A stretch of DNA of 64,000 bases from Candidatus Omnitrophota bacterium (GCA_023229385.1 JALNZI010000001.1:26419-90418); one strand, 5' to 3'; shown: positions 24,999 to 34,512, counted from the first letter of the stretch. Translations and numbers: made by a program. The notes: generated by a model from the sequence alone, not told the origin.

Positions 24999-26078
24999 AT
25001 GGGAAATAAAATAGCCATAGTTGGCGATCCTCATATTGGGAAAAAATCAATTGAACAAGTTAAAAAAGATAAATTATTATTTTCTCAAGAAATCTTTTTT
25101 AATAATTTTTATAATTTCTGCATTGAAAATGATATAAATGAAATAATTTGGACAGGCGACATTTTTGACACTAATCAAGCAATTGATTCATTTATATTAC
25201 AATATGTAGTTGAATTATTTAAAATAAAATTTGGTGAGATGAGACATTATGTTATATTAGGAAATCATTGCCTTTATAACAAAGACAGCTTAAAAGTATC
25301 AGCATTATCTTGTATAGAGCATTTGCCAAATGTTAATGTATATAGAAAACCTACTAAAGTTAATCTATTAGGACATAATTTCTTATTTGTACCATATTTA
25401 GTTAGTTCAATTTATTCAAAGTTTGCAGATAATATTAAAAAACTTGGTTCACTTAATGAAATAATAGTAGGTCATTTTAATATTATAGGGGCAAAAATGG
25501 AAAACGGCTTTCCTAGTCAATTTGGACTTAATATGAATGACCTATTAAATAATGTTAAATTAGTTATTAGCGGGCATTATCATAATGTATCTCAATATAT
25601 TAGAGGGCCGAATAAAATACAATATGTAGGTAGTCCATATCAATTAACTTTTGGGGATAGTAGACAAAATAGAGGTCATTGGACTTTAGATGATAATCTT
25701 AATTTAGAATTTTTTGAAAATAAATCTAGTTATACTTTTTTAAAGATACAATCTGAGGAAATAGATAATTATAGTAATCTAAGTGATTCTTTTGTAATAT
25801 GTGAATATCCTGCTTCTATATCAGAAGAGGATTTATTTACTTTGAATAAAAAAATAGAAAAACTTAATCCTATCTCGTACAAAGCTGAACCTAGAAATTT
25901 AGAGAATATTGAAGAATTAGCTTCTGAAAATGATGATAAAACAATTAGTGAAATGAGCGATGCCATAAACGTAGGTGATATTGTAAAAGTTTGCGAAGTA
26001 TATATGAATGTTGAGCCTCCACCTGATAAAGCGGCGGTTATTAAAATAATTAATGATATAAAAGATAAAATAAAATAA
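24999..26078 (+). CDS. gp47: Mre11/SbcD-like recombination nuclease (T4 gp47-like)
   Basis: 359 aa. Motifs GDPHIG, TGDIFD, LGNHC, VGHF, SGHYH. LPNVNVYRKPTKV and YVGSPYQLTFGDSRQNRGHW parallel remembered T4 gp47. Confidence 0.85.
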   Translation: MGNKIAIVGDPHIGKKSIEQVKKDKLLFSQEIFFNNFYNFCIENDINEIIWTGDIFDTNQAIDSFILQYVVELFKIKFGEMRHYVILGNHCLYNKDSLKVSALSCIEHLPNVNVYRKPTKVNLLGHNFLFVPYLVSSIYSKFADNIKKLGSLNEIIVGHFNIIGAKMENGFPSQFGLNMNDLLNNVKLVISGHYHNVSQYIRGPNKIQYVGSPYQLTFGDSRQNRGHWTLDDNLNLEFFENKSSYTFLKIQSEEIDNYSNLSDSFVICEYPASISEEDLFTLNKKIEKLNPISYKAEPRNLENIEELASENDDKTISEMSDAINVGDIVKVCEVYMNVEPPPDKAAVIKIINDIKDKIK

Positions 26079-26087
26079 TGTTATAAT
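26079..26087 (+). promoter_or_regulatory. extended -10 promoter TGTTATAAT
   Basis: 8 nt upstream of ATG 26096, with no Shine-Dalgarno. Confidence 0.45.
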
Positions 26088-26095
26088 TTCTTTAT

Positions 26096-27511
26096 ATGGC
26101 TAAGAATAAAAATAAAAAAAGAAAATTCAATGGTGGATATGGGCGAGGTCAGAATCCAATGGCTGAAGTTCTGCGATTGAATAATATGTTAGCAAAAATT
26201 GATGTAAATAAAAATGTAGATGAGGCTATTAAAAAAGTTAATCAAGTTAATAATAAAATAGTTGAAAACAATACAGTTCAAGTTGCTAATCAATTATTAG
26301 AAAATAGAACTATAATTAAAGATTTTACTGAGGGAGATTATTCTATATCTAGATATGTAGAAAAAGATAAGGTGCAAGTGGTTGATAAGCCGTTAGTAGT
26401 CGGATATTTAAGGGATTATTCGGGGTGCGGTCATTTTAGAATGGTATATCCTATGAATATGATCAATACTAAATTTGCATATTCTGGTAAAATTAATTGC
26501 ACATTATTTCCAGTTACTCTAACTCAAGAAGATATATTGCCGCATGTTAGATCTTTTGTTTTTCAAAGACCTATTGGAGATGATCAAACTTTTAAAATAA
26601 GAGCTTATAAAAAATTTCAAGAACAATATCAATATAAATTAATAGGCGAATTAGATGATTATGTCTTTGATTTACCTGAGTATCATCCAGGTTATGAAAA
26701 CAATATAATACGAAATGTTAGAAGTTTACTAGTTAATTTAAGATTAATGGATGAAATAATTGTTTCAACTAATAATCTTAAAAAAGAATTAATTGAGCTA
26801 GGTATTGATACAAAAATAACAGTTATTGAAAATACATTACCAAAGTATCTATATCAAACTGATGTTAAAAGATTTAAATTCAGTGATATTATTAAACCAA
26901 AAATAGCTTTTACAGGATCGAATTTCCACTATAACAATAGTAAGCAATTAGATGGTGATTTTAGTGGAGCTATTAAAGAGTTCATAATTAAAAATGTTGA
27001 TAATTTTGAATTTGTATTTTTTGGAGATGCCCCTTATTTCCTCAAAAAAGAAGTAAATGAAGGTAAAATAATAATTGTTCCTTATACTAACACTGTCGAA
27101 TATTCTACTAATCTTAAGAAATATAGAATAGATTTTGTAATAGCCCCTTTAGTTGAAAATTTATTTAATTCTTGTAAATCTGATTTAAGATACTTAGAAG
27201 CAAGTGCAATGGGATCAGTGTTTATTGGATATAAATTCTTAAATGGATTAACTAGTCCTTATCAAAACAATAGATTAACTTTGGATGAAAATTCTACAGT
27301 TGAAGATGTTGAAAATATAATTAAGAAATATTCTACTAAAGATTCATTTAATGATGAAATTTCATCACAATATAATGAGTTAGATGATAGATGGCTAGAA
27401 AATACTGCAAACTTGCTAAAGTATATTGAAGTATATTCATCAGGAATAAAAGGTTTAATAATAGAGCAAGATCATCCTCAATATGAGGAATTTAAACCCT
27501 TTATACGATAG
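26096..27511 (+). CDS. putative GT-B-fold glycosyltransferase
   Basis: 471 aa. GCGHFRMVYP and the C-terminal PLVENLFNSCKSDLRYLEASAMGSVFIG resemble the GT1-type sugar-donor lobe. The N-terminus is basic. Confidence 0.4.
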   Translation: MAKNKNKKRKFNGGYGRGQNPMAEVLRLNNMLAKIDVNKNVDEAIKKVNQVNNKIVENNTVQVANQLLENRTIIKDFTEGDYSISRYVEKDKVQVVDKPLVVGYLRDYSGCGHFRMVYPMNMINTKFAYSGKINCTLFPVTLTQEDILPHVRSFVFQRPIGDDQTFKIRAYKKFQEQYQYKLIGELDDYVFDLPEYHPGYENNIIRNVRSLLVNLRLMDEIIVSTNNLKKELIELGIDTKITVIENTLPKYLYQTDVKRFKFSDIIKPKIAFTGSNFHYNNSKQLDGDFSGAIKEFIIKNVDNFEFVFFGDAPYFLKKEVNEGKIIIVPYTNTVEYSTNLKKYRIDFVIAPLVENLFNSCKSDLRYLEASAMGSVFIGYKFLNGLTSPYQNNRLTLDENSTVEDVENIIKKYSTKDSFNDEISSQYNELDDRWLENTANLLKYIEVYSSGIKGLIIEQDHPQYEEFKPFIR

Positions 27512-27525
27512 AATTGTTAAAATTT

Positions 27526-27560
27526 CTTAACAGCCCATAGGATAAATATAGGCTGTTAAG
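27526..27560 (+). promoter_or_regulatory. 10-bp perfect hairpin abutting the DNA polymerase Shine-Dalgarno (candidate translational operator)
   Basis: CTTAACAGCC, 15-nt loop, GGCTGTTAAG. The 3' arm runs into AAGGGGGA, 3 nt before ATG 27568. No U-tract follows. Confidence 0.45.
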
Positions 27561-27567
27561 GGGGATT

Positions 27568-30500
27568 ATGTTTAAGAATATCTATGTAGATAAGTATAAA
27601 AATACTTTTAAAATTTGGAATACTGAAGATAAAGTTATTGAAAGTAAATTTCAATGCCGTTCTTGGGTAGAAAATCCTGGCATAGATAGTCCATATAAAA
27701 CGATATATGGTGTTCCGGTTATGCCGGTATTTAAGAACTATAAAGATGAATATCTAGATAGAACAGACGGCAATCTTAGGCATGAAATAGATATTCAGCC
27801 TGAAATTAGAATATTAAGTGAATATTATGAGAAAGAAAAAGATTTAGATTTCGATATTAGTGATTTTAATATAATGTCATTTGATATTGAAACTGAAATT
27901 GGTTGCGGATTCCCTGAGCCATCTGAAGCCAAAATGAAAGTGAATCTTATTAGCTGCTATTGCACAAAGCAGCAAAAATATATGATTTTTGGATTGCATC
28001 CAATAGATGATCAAAGATTTCATAGTTTAATTATTGAAAAAAATAAAATATATCAAGAGCAATTTCCTGATATTAATATTACTGATAATTATACATATGT
28101 TTGCGCATATGAGGATGAAACTAGACTTTTAAATGATTTTTTTAAGTATGTAGAAAAAGCTCATCCTGACATCTATACAGGTTGGAACTGTATTGCCAAA
28201 AACTCAAGTCTATGGCTGCAAGATAGAATAATTGAAATTAAAGATTCATCATCTGGAGATAATACTTTCATTGATGGCAATATTATCAAAACAGCTAATA
28301 CTGGTTTTAAAAAAGCTTATAAAATAGAAACAGTAAATGGCTATTCAATCACTTCATCAGGTGAACATATATTTCCAATCAAATATATTAAGGAAGGAAA
28401 ATATTGCAATAATGTATCTAAATCTTTATTAAATAAGGACTGTAAAGTATCTGAATTAATTGATTTATCTAAAGAAAATAGATTATTTTTAAAAGTAGAT
28501 ATTAGAAATAATACTAATAAAAAATATACATATAGGGATTTGTTAATATATGCACTAATATCTGGTCGAAATAGTAAATTAGATATATTAATACCTGAAC
28601 CTATATATACTAAGAATAGGAAAAAATTAAATGCTAATTATTCGTATAATAAAGCTAAACAATATCCTTTTAAATTTTCAGTAAATAATTGCAGAAAATT
28701 AGTAAATATTAGCGACTCTGAATTAATAGATTCTATTAATTCAATTGATGAAGCTGTGGTATTAATAGATAAAAGTAATGCTACTATTAATTTAAATGAA
28801 ATAATTCCTGATGATATTTTTAAGTTAATGGGATTAATATATACTGATGGTAGCTATTGCAGCAAGCATAAAGAATTTAGTTTTTATAATACTGATGAGC
28901 AGATATTAGATTGGGTGCTCAATTGTTTGCATTCAAATAAATTATCAAACACTAATTCATTAAGTAATGGTCATTTTTGCAAAAGAATACGTTGCACTAA
29001 TTCTGCTAAAAATAATTTAATAAAAACATTAATATATAATGAAGACAAAAAAGATATTGATTTAAGTAATTTATCTAGAATAGCCTATTCTCAATTTTGC
29101 GCAATGTTTTCTGGATTAATTGACGGAGATGGATGGATTTCTAAAAAGAATTCAGCTATCGGATTTTGTAATTATAATAATAATGACATTAATAAAATAG
29201 CTGAATTGCTACAATGGAATGGTGTATTATGCGGAGTTCATAAAAATAAAATACATATATCAAATAAATCTGTTAATACAAAGTTTATAAATTCTTTATC
29301 GTTAGTTGGTAAAAAAAGAGATTTAATAAGTAATATTAATCTAGTTGACAATAAGAATACTAAATCAAAATTATTAGATTATATTTTTTACGAAAATTAT
29401 TACTATGTTAAGATTGATTCAATAACAGCAGTTGATTCAGTTGAAATGGTTGATATAGAAACTGAATCGCATTATTTTAATACCAATTATGGAATTAAAA
29501 CTCATAATTGTAACGCTTTTGACTTGCCATATTTGGTAAATAGAGCTAAAAATCTAGGAATGTATGAATATTTACTATTATCTCCAGTAAAAAAAGTATA
29601 TTTAAGAAAATCCCGTAATGAAGAATATAATACTGAGGAATTGATTCCAGTAATTAGTGGAGTTTCTTGTATTGACTATTTAACATTATATAAGCATTTC
29701 AATAAAGGTAGCCAAAAAGAAAGTTGGAAACTTGATTTTATTGCTAATGAAGAATTAGATGGATTAGGTAAAGTTAAATTAGGTGATACTGGATTAAATC
29801 TTGCTAAAAAAGATTGGACTGCTTTTTCTTTATATAACTTAGTAGATACGGTATTAATTACACTATTAGAACCTAGACTTCAAATGATCGAAACTCTTAT
29901 AGGGACATGTTCAGAGGCTAGAATTCCCCTTGAATTCTTCTTCACTCCTAAAAAAGTGACGTTAGGATTTATGCTAACATATATGCACAGAAAAGGGTTG
30001 GTAATTCCATTTACTAAACCTGCGGTAAAAGAAAAATATGAGGGTGCCTATATTAAGATGAATCCAGGACCCTATAGGAATGTGTCATCATTAGATGCGA
30101 AATCAATGTATCCATCTATAATGATATCTTGTAATATTTCACCTGAAACTAAAGTAATATCTGATAAACCAATACCTGGATATAGTAGATCAATTATTCC
30201 AAATATTTATTACAATAATGAAAAAAGAGGCATTATTCCTGAAATTGTTGCTTATATGGTTGATACTAGAGATGAATATAAAAAGCAACAAAAAATATAT
30301 TCAAATCCAGAAAGACCTGAATATAATAAAACAAAGGCATCTTATTTTAAACGTAAACAGAATGCTTATAAAATATTTGCTAACTCAATATATGGACTAT
30401 TGGGTAATAATAACTTCCAATTCTATGATTTGGATAATGCGGCAACCATTACTGGAATAGGTAATAGGTTAATTCAATATGTAATTACTTATTTGAACGT

Positions 30501-31611
30501 ATGGATTGACAATAAACTCGGAACCAATAAAGATTACTTTAATGAATTTGGCGAATTTGCAAATGTAAAAATAAAAGGTGAATTAAGTGATACCTATATT
30601 AATTCAATACAAGATAATGAGCAAAAAGCTGGGCTGGGTAAATACACTAGATTGGCATTAGCGCATACTGATTCATTCTTCTTTGATTATAGTGATTTAT
30701 ATGAACCTTTTGAAAATAAAACTAGATCATATGAAGAATATGCAGCAATAAAAGAAAGGTTTAGTAATAAAAATAGCCCGTCATTCAACATTCCATTAAA
30801 AAAATATTTTGAAGATATGCATGATGAACAATTGGAAAAGATGACTTTTACTGAATTCATGCTTAGATTTAATTATTGTATTTTTCAAAAAATAATAAAC
30901 AAGATTACTCAAAGATGGTGCGAAACTTACTCTTATAGAGAAGATCGTATGTATTTCAAATTAGAAAAATGTTGTTCAAATGTTGTGGCATTAAGCAAAG
31001 CTCACTATATATGCTATCTGCAATATGATGAAGGTGATTTATTAATCAGACAGCCTTTTAAAAAGAGATTAAAAGCAGTTGGAGTTGAGATGATTAAGGC
31101 TGATACTCCCTCTTGGTCAAAAGCTAAAATTCTAGAAACTCTAGAGTTTACATTTACTAAAAACAATAAGCAAGAAGTTTCCAAATTTATAGGAATGCTA
31201 AAGAAAGAATATAAAGATCCCGCTAATATATCTAAAATATCTAGGCCGGTTTCGATAAATAGTTTAGGTCCAACCAAAGCCAATAGTTTTCCAGCTCCTA
31301 GATTAGGGGCAATAAAGTGGAATGCAATTTTATCAGAAGATACTAATTTTTCAAATTATGAGCAAATAAGTGAGGGGACAAAGGTAAAATGGATTGCAGT
31401 AAAGTTGCCAAATAAATTCAATATTCAAGCTATTAGCTACAATAGCGATACTTGGCCTGTTGAATTAAATAGATACTTTAGAATTGATTATGAAACACAA
31501 TTTTACAAAACATTTAGACGCCCATTAGAGAAAATTATGGAATGTTATGGATGGGGCAATGTTTTTGATGGAAACGTAGATTCAATAAGAAGGTTCTTCG
31601 CACCAAAATAA
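27568..31611 (+). CDS. gp43: family B DNA polymerase (T4 gp43-like) interrupted by an intein
   Basis: 1347 aa. Exo I is FDIETE. Exo II, GWN / CNAFDLPY, is split by the intein. Motif A is SLDAKSMYPSIM, motif B is KIFANSIYG, motif C is LAHTDSFFF. It is 907 aa after intein removal. Confidence 0.9.
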   Translation: MFKNIYVDKYKNTFKIWNTEDKVIESKFQCRSWVENPGIDSPYKTIYGVPVMPVFKNYKDEYLDRTDGNLRHEIDIQPEIRILSEYYEKEKDLDFDISDFNIMSFDIETEIGCGFPEPSEAKMKVNLISCYCTKQQKYMIFGLHPIDDQRFHSLIIEKNKIYQEQFPDINITDNYTYVCAYEDETRLLNDFFKYVEKAHPDIYTGWNCIAKNSSLWLQDRIIEIKDSSSGDNTFIDGNIIKTANTGFKKAYKIETVNGYSITSSGEHIFPIKYIKEGKYCNNVSKSLLNKDCKVSELIDLSKENRLFLKVDIRNNTNKKYTYRDLLIYALISGRNSKLDILIPEPIYTKNRKKLNANYSYNKAKQYPFKFSVNNCRKLVNISDSELIDSINSIDEAVVLIDKSNATINLNEIIPDDIFKLMGLIYTDGSYCSKHKEFSFYNTDEQILDWVLNCLHSNKLSNTNSLSNGHFCKRIRCTNSAKNNLIKTLIYNEDKKDIDLSNLSRIAYSQFCAMFSGLIDGDGWISKKNSAIGFCNYNNNDINKIAELLQWNGVLCGVHKNKIHISNKSVNTKFINSLSLVGKKRDLISNINLVDNKNTKSKLLDYIFYENYYYVKIDSITAVDSVEMVDIETESHYFNTNYGIKTHNCNAFDLPYLVNRAKNLGMYEYLLLSPVKKVYLRKSRNEEYNTEELIPVISGVSCIDYLTLYKHFNKGSQKESWKLDFIANEELDGLGKVKLGDTGLNLAKKDWTAFSLYNLVDTVLITLLEPRLQMIETLIGTCSEARIPLEFFFTPKKVTLGFMLTYMHRKGLVIPFTKPAVKEKYEGAYIKMNPGPYRNVSSLDAKSMYPSIMISCNISPETKVISDKPIPGYSRSIIPNIYYNNEKRGIIPEIVAYMVDTRDEYKKQQKIYSNPERPEYNKTKASYFKRKQNAYKIFANSIYGLLGNNNFQFYDLDNAATITGIGNRLIQYVITYLNVWIDNKLGTNKDYFNEFGEFANVKIKGELSDTYINSIQDNEQKAGLGKYTRLALAHTDSFFFDYSDLYEPFENKTRSYEEYAAIKERFSNKNSPSFNIPLKKYFEDMHDEQLEKMTFTEFMLRFNYCIFQKIINKITQRWCETYSYREDRMYFKLEKCCSNVVALSKAHYICYLQYDEGDLLIRQPFKKRLKAVGVEMIKADTPSWSKAKILETLEFTFTKNNKQEVSKFIGMLKKEYKDPANISKISRPVSINSLGPTKANSFPAPRLGAIKWNAILSEDTNFSNYEQISEGTKVKWIAVKLPNKFNIQAISYNSDTWPVELNRYFRIDYETQFYKTFRRPLEKIMECYGWGNVFDGNVDSIRRFFAPK
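28189..29508 (+). mobile_element. class 1 intein with a LAGLIDADG homing endonuclease domain (440 aa)
   Basis: Starts with Cys (CIAKNSSLWL). Block B is GYSITSSGEHIF. LAGLIDADG motifs are LMGLIYTDGSY and FSGLIDGDGWI. Block F is VEMVDIETESHYF. Ends GIKTHN, followed by +1 Cys. In frame (1320 nt). Confidence 0.85.
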
Positions 31612-31635
31612 TAAATCATTACTTTGCTCATATTT

Positions 31636-31644
31636 TGATATAAT
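31636..31644 (+). promoter_or_regulatory. extended -10 promoter TGATATAAT (TTTGATATAATTA family)
   Basis: 6 nt upstream of ATG 31651, with no Shine-Dalgarno. Confidence 0.5.
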
Positions 31645-31650
31645 TAAGAT

Positions 31651-32790
31651 ATGAGTAAACGCTTTGATATGGGAAAAATGATAGCTGCTACTGGTAATGA
31701 ATATGTTACCGCAGCAGGAGATCCAAAAGGTATAACTGATGAATATATTTCAACTGGATCATATGCTTTAAATGCTTTGATCTGTGGATCAATATTTGGA
31801 GGAATACCTAACAACAAATCTGTAATGTTTGCAGGTATTGAATCAGTAGGTAAATCTTTATTTACTGGATTTATTTGTAATTCTGCAATGAATATGGGTT
31901 ATAAAGCTTTTTATTTTGAAACTGAAGGTGCAACTGATGAAAATACATTCAAGGGATTCAAAAAAACAAAAGGTGTAGATTACGCAATATTACCAATTAA
32001 GACTATTGATGACTTGAGATTACAAGCATATCAAATTATTGATATGTATAAAGCATATTACAATAGCTTAAGTGCCGAAGAATACCTAAAACGCCAAAAG
32101 ATATTAATGGTAGTTGATTCAATAGGTATGTTAGGTTCTACTGCAAATATTAAAAATTTAGCTAAAGGCGAGATCAAAAGAGATTTAACCAAACAGCAAG
32201 CATTAAGGGAATTATTCAGAGATATTACAGTTGATTTAAATATTTTAAAAATACCATTGATACCAGTAAATCATGTATACGAAACTATAGATCCTTATGG
32301 AGAGAAGTTTAAAGTATCAGGTGGTGGAGGTGGAAGATATGGAGCTTCTTCAATTATCACATTAAGTAAGACTAAAGTAAAAGACTCTACTAAGAAATTT
32401 CAGTTAGGTGTTATCATTAAAGCAAAGGCACCGAAGTCCAGATTCATCCAAGAGAATAAAGAAGTTGAAGTTTATTTAGATTTTAAAAAAGGATTAGATC
32501 CTTTCTACGGATTAAATAAATTTTTAGCTGATGAAACTATTCTAGCAAAAACCAAGAATAAAGAAGTTAGTGAATATTATTTAATCTATAGAGGAAAAAA
32601 TGAATCTGGCGAATATGATACTGTTAAAGGAAATCCATTCAAAGATAAGCAAATTAGAGATGAAATTTTACCGTTAATTGATGAAAAGGTAAAAGAAGAT
32701 TTCTGTTTTGGTTCATCTGGATTAGGTAATGAAGATGATGAAGATTATTTAGATGACGTTGAAGTGGAAACTACAGAAGAGGTTGAATAG
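31651..32790 (+). CDS. uvsX: RecA-family recombinase (T4 UvsX-like)
   Basis: 379 aa. Walker A is AGIESVGKSLF and Walker B context is ILMVVDSIG. The C-terminal tail is acidic. Confidence 0.8.
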   Translation: MSKRFDMGKMIAATGNEYVTAAGDPKGITDEYISTGSYALNALICGSIFGGIPNNKSVMFAGIESVGKSLFTGFICNSAMNMGYKAFYFETEGATDENTFKGFKKTKGVDYAILPIKTIDDLRLQAYQIIDMYKAYYNSLSAEEYLKRQKILMVVDSIGMLGSTANIKNLAKGEIKRDLTKQQALRELFRDITVDLNILKIPLIPVNHVYETIDPYGEKFKVSGGGGGRYGASSIITLSKTKVKDSTKKFQLGVIIKAKAPKSRFIQENKEVEVYLDFKKGLDPFYGLNKFLADETILAKTKNKEVSEYYLIYRGKNESGEYDTVKGNPFKDKQIRDEILPLIDEKVKEDFCFGSSGLGNEDDEDYLDDVEVETTEEVE

Positions 32791-32792
32791 AC

Positions 32793-32815
32793 AATCTCTT
32801 TGTTTAAAGGAGATT
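32793..32815 (+). promoter_or_regulatory. hairpin pairing the helicase Shine-Dalgarno
   Basis: AATCTCT, loop, (A)GGAGATT, giving 6-7 bp. AGGAG at 32808-32812 lies in the 3' arm. Confidence 0.3.
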
Positions 32816-32816
32816 C

Positions 32817-34184
32817 ATGAATAGCTTAGATGATTTTAGTAATTTAACACCGACTGAAATAGAAGATATTGTTTTAAGATACTGTTTTAAAAATCATGAA
32901 GCGGGAGATAAAATATTCCCGCTATTAACCCCTGATCTTTTTCAAGATGAAGTGACTCAAAGGATAATAGTAGCCATACAAGGTTATTTCAATGAATTCA
33001 GTAGATACCCTAGACCTAGAGAATTATATGATTTTAAATTACAAACTAAAGATGAAAAATCTAGATTTGATGAAATAGGTAAAATCAATTTAAGCTATTA
33101 TACTGATGATTTAATTAAATTAGAGATAGAAAAATTCATTAGAGGTAAATTAACATACTTAGCAATCAAAAAGACTGCTGAGGAATGGAAAGCTAATAAC
33201 TACAACACTATGACACCTGTTGTAGAGGAAATCAAAAAAGCAGTTAATTTCACCATTAATACAAAGGTTGGAATATCTGTTAAAAAAGATTTTGATTCTC
33301 TAATGGATTATTTACAAAAAAAGATAAAAATGGTGCCTAGTGCTTTTACTGCATTAAATGGATTAATAGATGGTGGGCATCCTGCAAAAGCAGTTACCAT
33401 GTATTTTGGAGAAGCAAATATAGGTAAAACTACCTTCTTATGTAACGATGCCGCATTTGCAATAGCACATGGTTATAGTGCATTATACGTGACATTAGAA
33501 ATGCCAGATTTTGAGATATTCAAAAAAATTGCAGCTAATCTATTAGAAGTACCTGTAAATAAACTTAAAGATGCTAATACTAGTGAATTAAAAAAGAAAA
33601 TGGAAGGATTATGCAAGGCTGATTTAAAGATAATCGAGTATCCTTCTTTTGAAATGACTGCATATGATTTGAGAAATATATTAAGCGAATTAGCATATAA
33701 AGAGCATTTTAAGCCTGACATTATTTTCATTGATTATGTGAACTGTATGCTTTCCAGTAAACAAAGTGGAGGGCAGCGCCATGAAGATCTTGGATATATA
33801 ATGAAAGAGCTTGAGAACATCGCTAAAGAATTTGATTTACCAATAGTAAGCTGTTCTCAATTGAATAGAGATGGGTATGGTACATTAGAAGTATCTGCAA
33901 AAAATATTGGAGAATCAATTGATATAATTAAGTATTGCGCACAAGGTTATGCAATTATGAGAGATCCTACTATGAAATCAAAGGGATTATTTTTAGTTAA
34001 AATATTAAAAAATAGATATGGACCTAATGAATTGCAATTTTATTTAAAAGGAAGAATGGAAATAATGAAAATAACAGATGCAACTAGGAATGAAGTTGAA
34101 TCTATACAAACTTCTATACAAACACAAAATGTAGTTGATGCTGATGGAGCCACAGTGGAGAGTGTATTTGATGATCAAAAATAA
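32817..34184 (+). CDS. gp41: DnaB-family replicative helicase (T4 gp41-like)
   Basis: 455 aa. Walker A is FGEANIGKTTFL and Walker B is IIFIDYV. Also shows CSQLNRDGY. Confidence 0.85.
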   Translation: MNSLDDFSNLTPTEIEDIVLRYCFKNHEAGDKIFPLLTPDLFQDEVTQRIIVAIQGYFNEFSRYPRPRELYDFKLQTKDEKSRFDEIGKINLSYYTDDLIKLEIEKFIRGKLTYLAIKKTAEEWKANNYNTMTPVVEEIKKAVNFTINTKVGISVKKDFDSLMDYLQKKIKMVPSAFTALNGLIDGGHPAKAVTMYFGEANIGKTTFLCNDAAFAIAHGYSALYVTLEMPDFEIFKKIAANLLEVPVNKLKDANTSELKKKMEGLCKADLKIIEYPSFEMTAYDLRNILSELAYKEHFKPDIIFIDYVNCMLSSKQSGGQRHEDLGYIMKELENIAKEFDLPIVSCSQLNRDGYGTLEVSAKNIGESIDIIKYCAQGYAIMRDPTMKSKGLFLVKILKNRYGPNELQFYLKGRMEIMKITDATRNEVESIQTSIQTQNVVDADGATVESVFDDQK

Positions 34185-34506
34185 AGAAAAAGATAGTTCA
34201 ATTGTAAATTGGATAGATGTAATTAATGAAAAATTACTAATAATAGGGGTGTCATTAAAAACAGACATTTCTATATTAGGTAAGCATAAAATTGAGTTTA
34301 ATGAAATAATTAGAGATTTATTAGATGATCATCCAAATAGTTTATTAAACAATATCATAATGTCAATGAAAGAATATTATGAAGTTGAAGAATTATATTC
34401 AATATTAGATGAGCAAAATAAATCAATATTATTGAGACATGCTAGTGAGTATTATAATATTCCATTAGTAAAGAAATCAAACAAACGATCATCTAAAAAA
34501 AGATAA
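34171..34506 (+). CDS. hypothetical protein
   Basis: The track ORF starts at 34135 inside gp41. ATG 34171 (MIKNKEKDSS) overlaps the gp41 stop region. Confidence 0.45.
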   Translation: MIKNKEKDSSIVNWIDVINEKLLIIGVSLKTDISILGKHKIEFNEIIRDLLDDHPNSLLNNIIMSMKEYYEVEELYSILDEQNKSILLRHASEYYNIPLVKKSNKRSSKKR

Positions 34507-34512
34507 AATTAG

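Noticed and set aside
27526-27560. Intrinsic terminator for the glycosyltransferase gene
   Set aside because: The strong stem has no U-tract on either side. It is followed directly by the polymerase Shine-Dalgarno and ATG.
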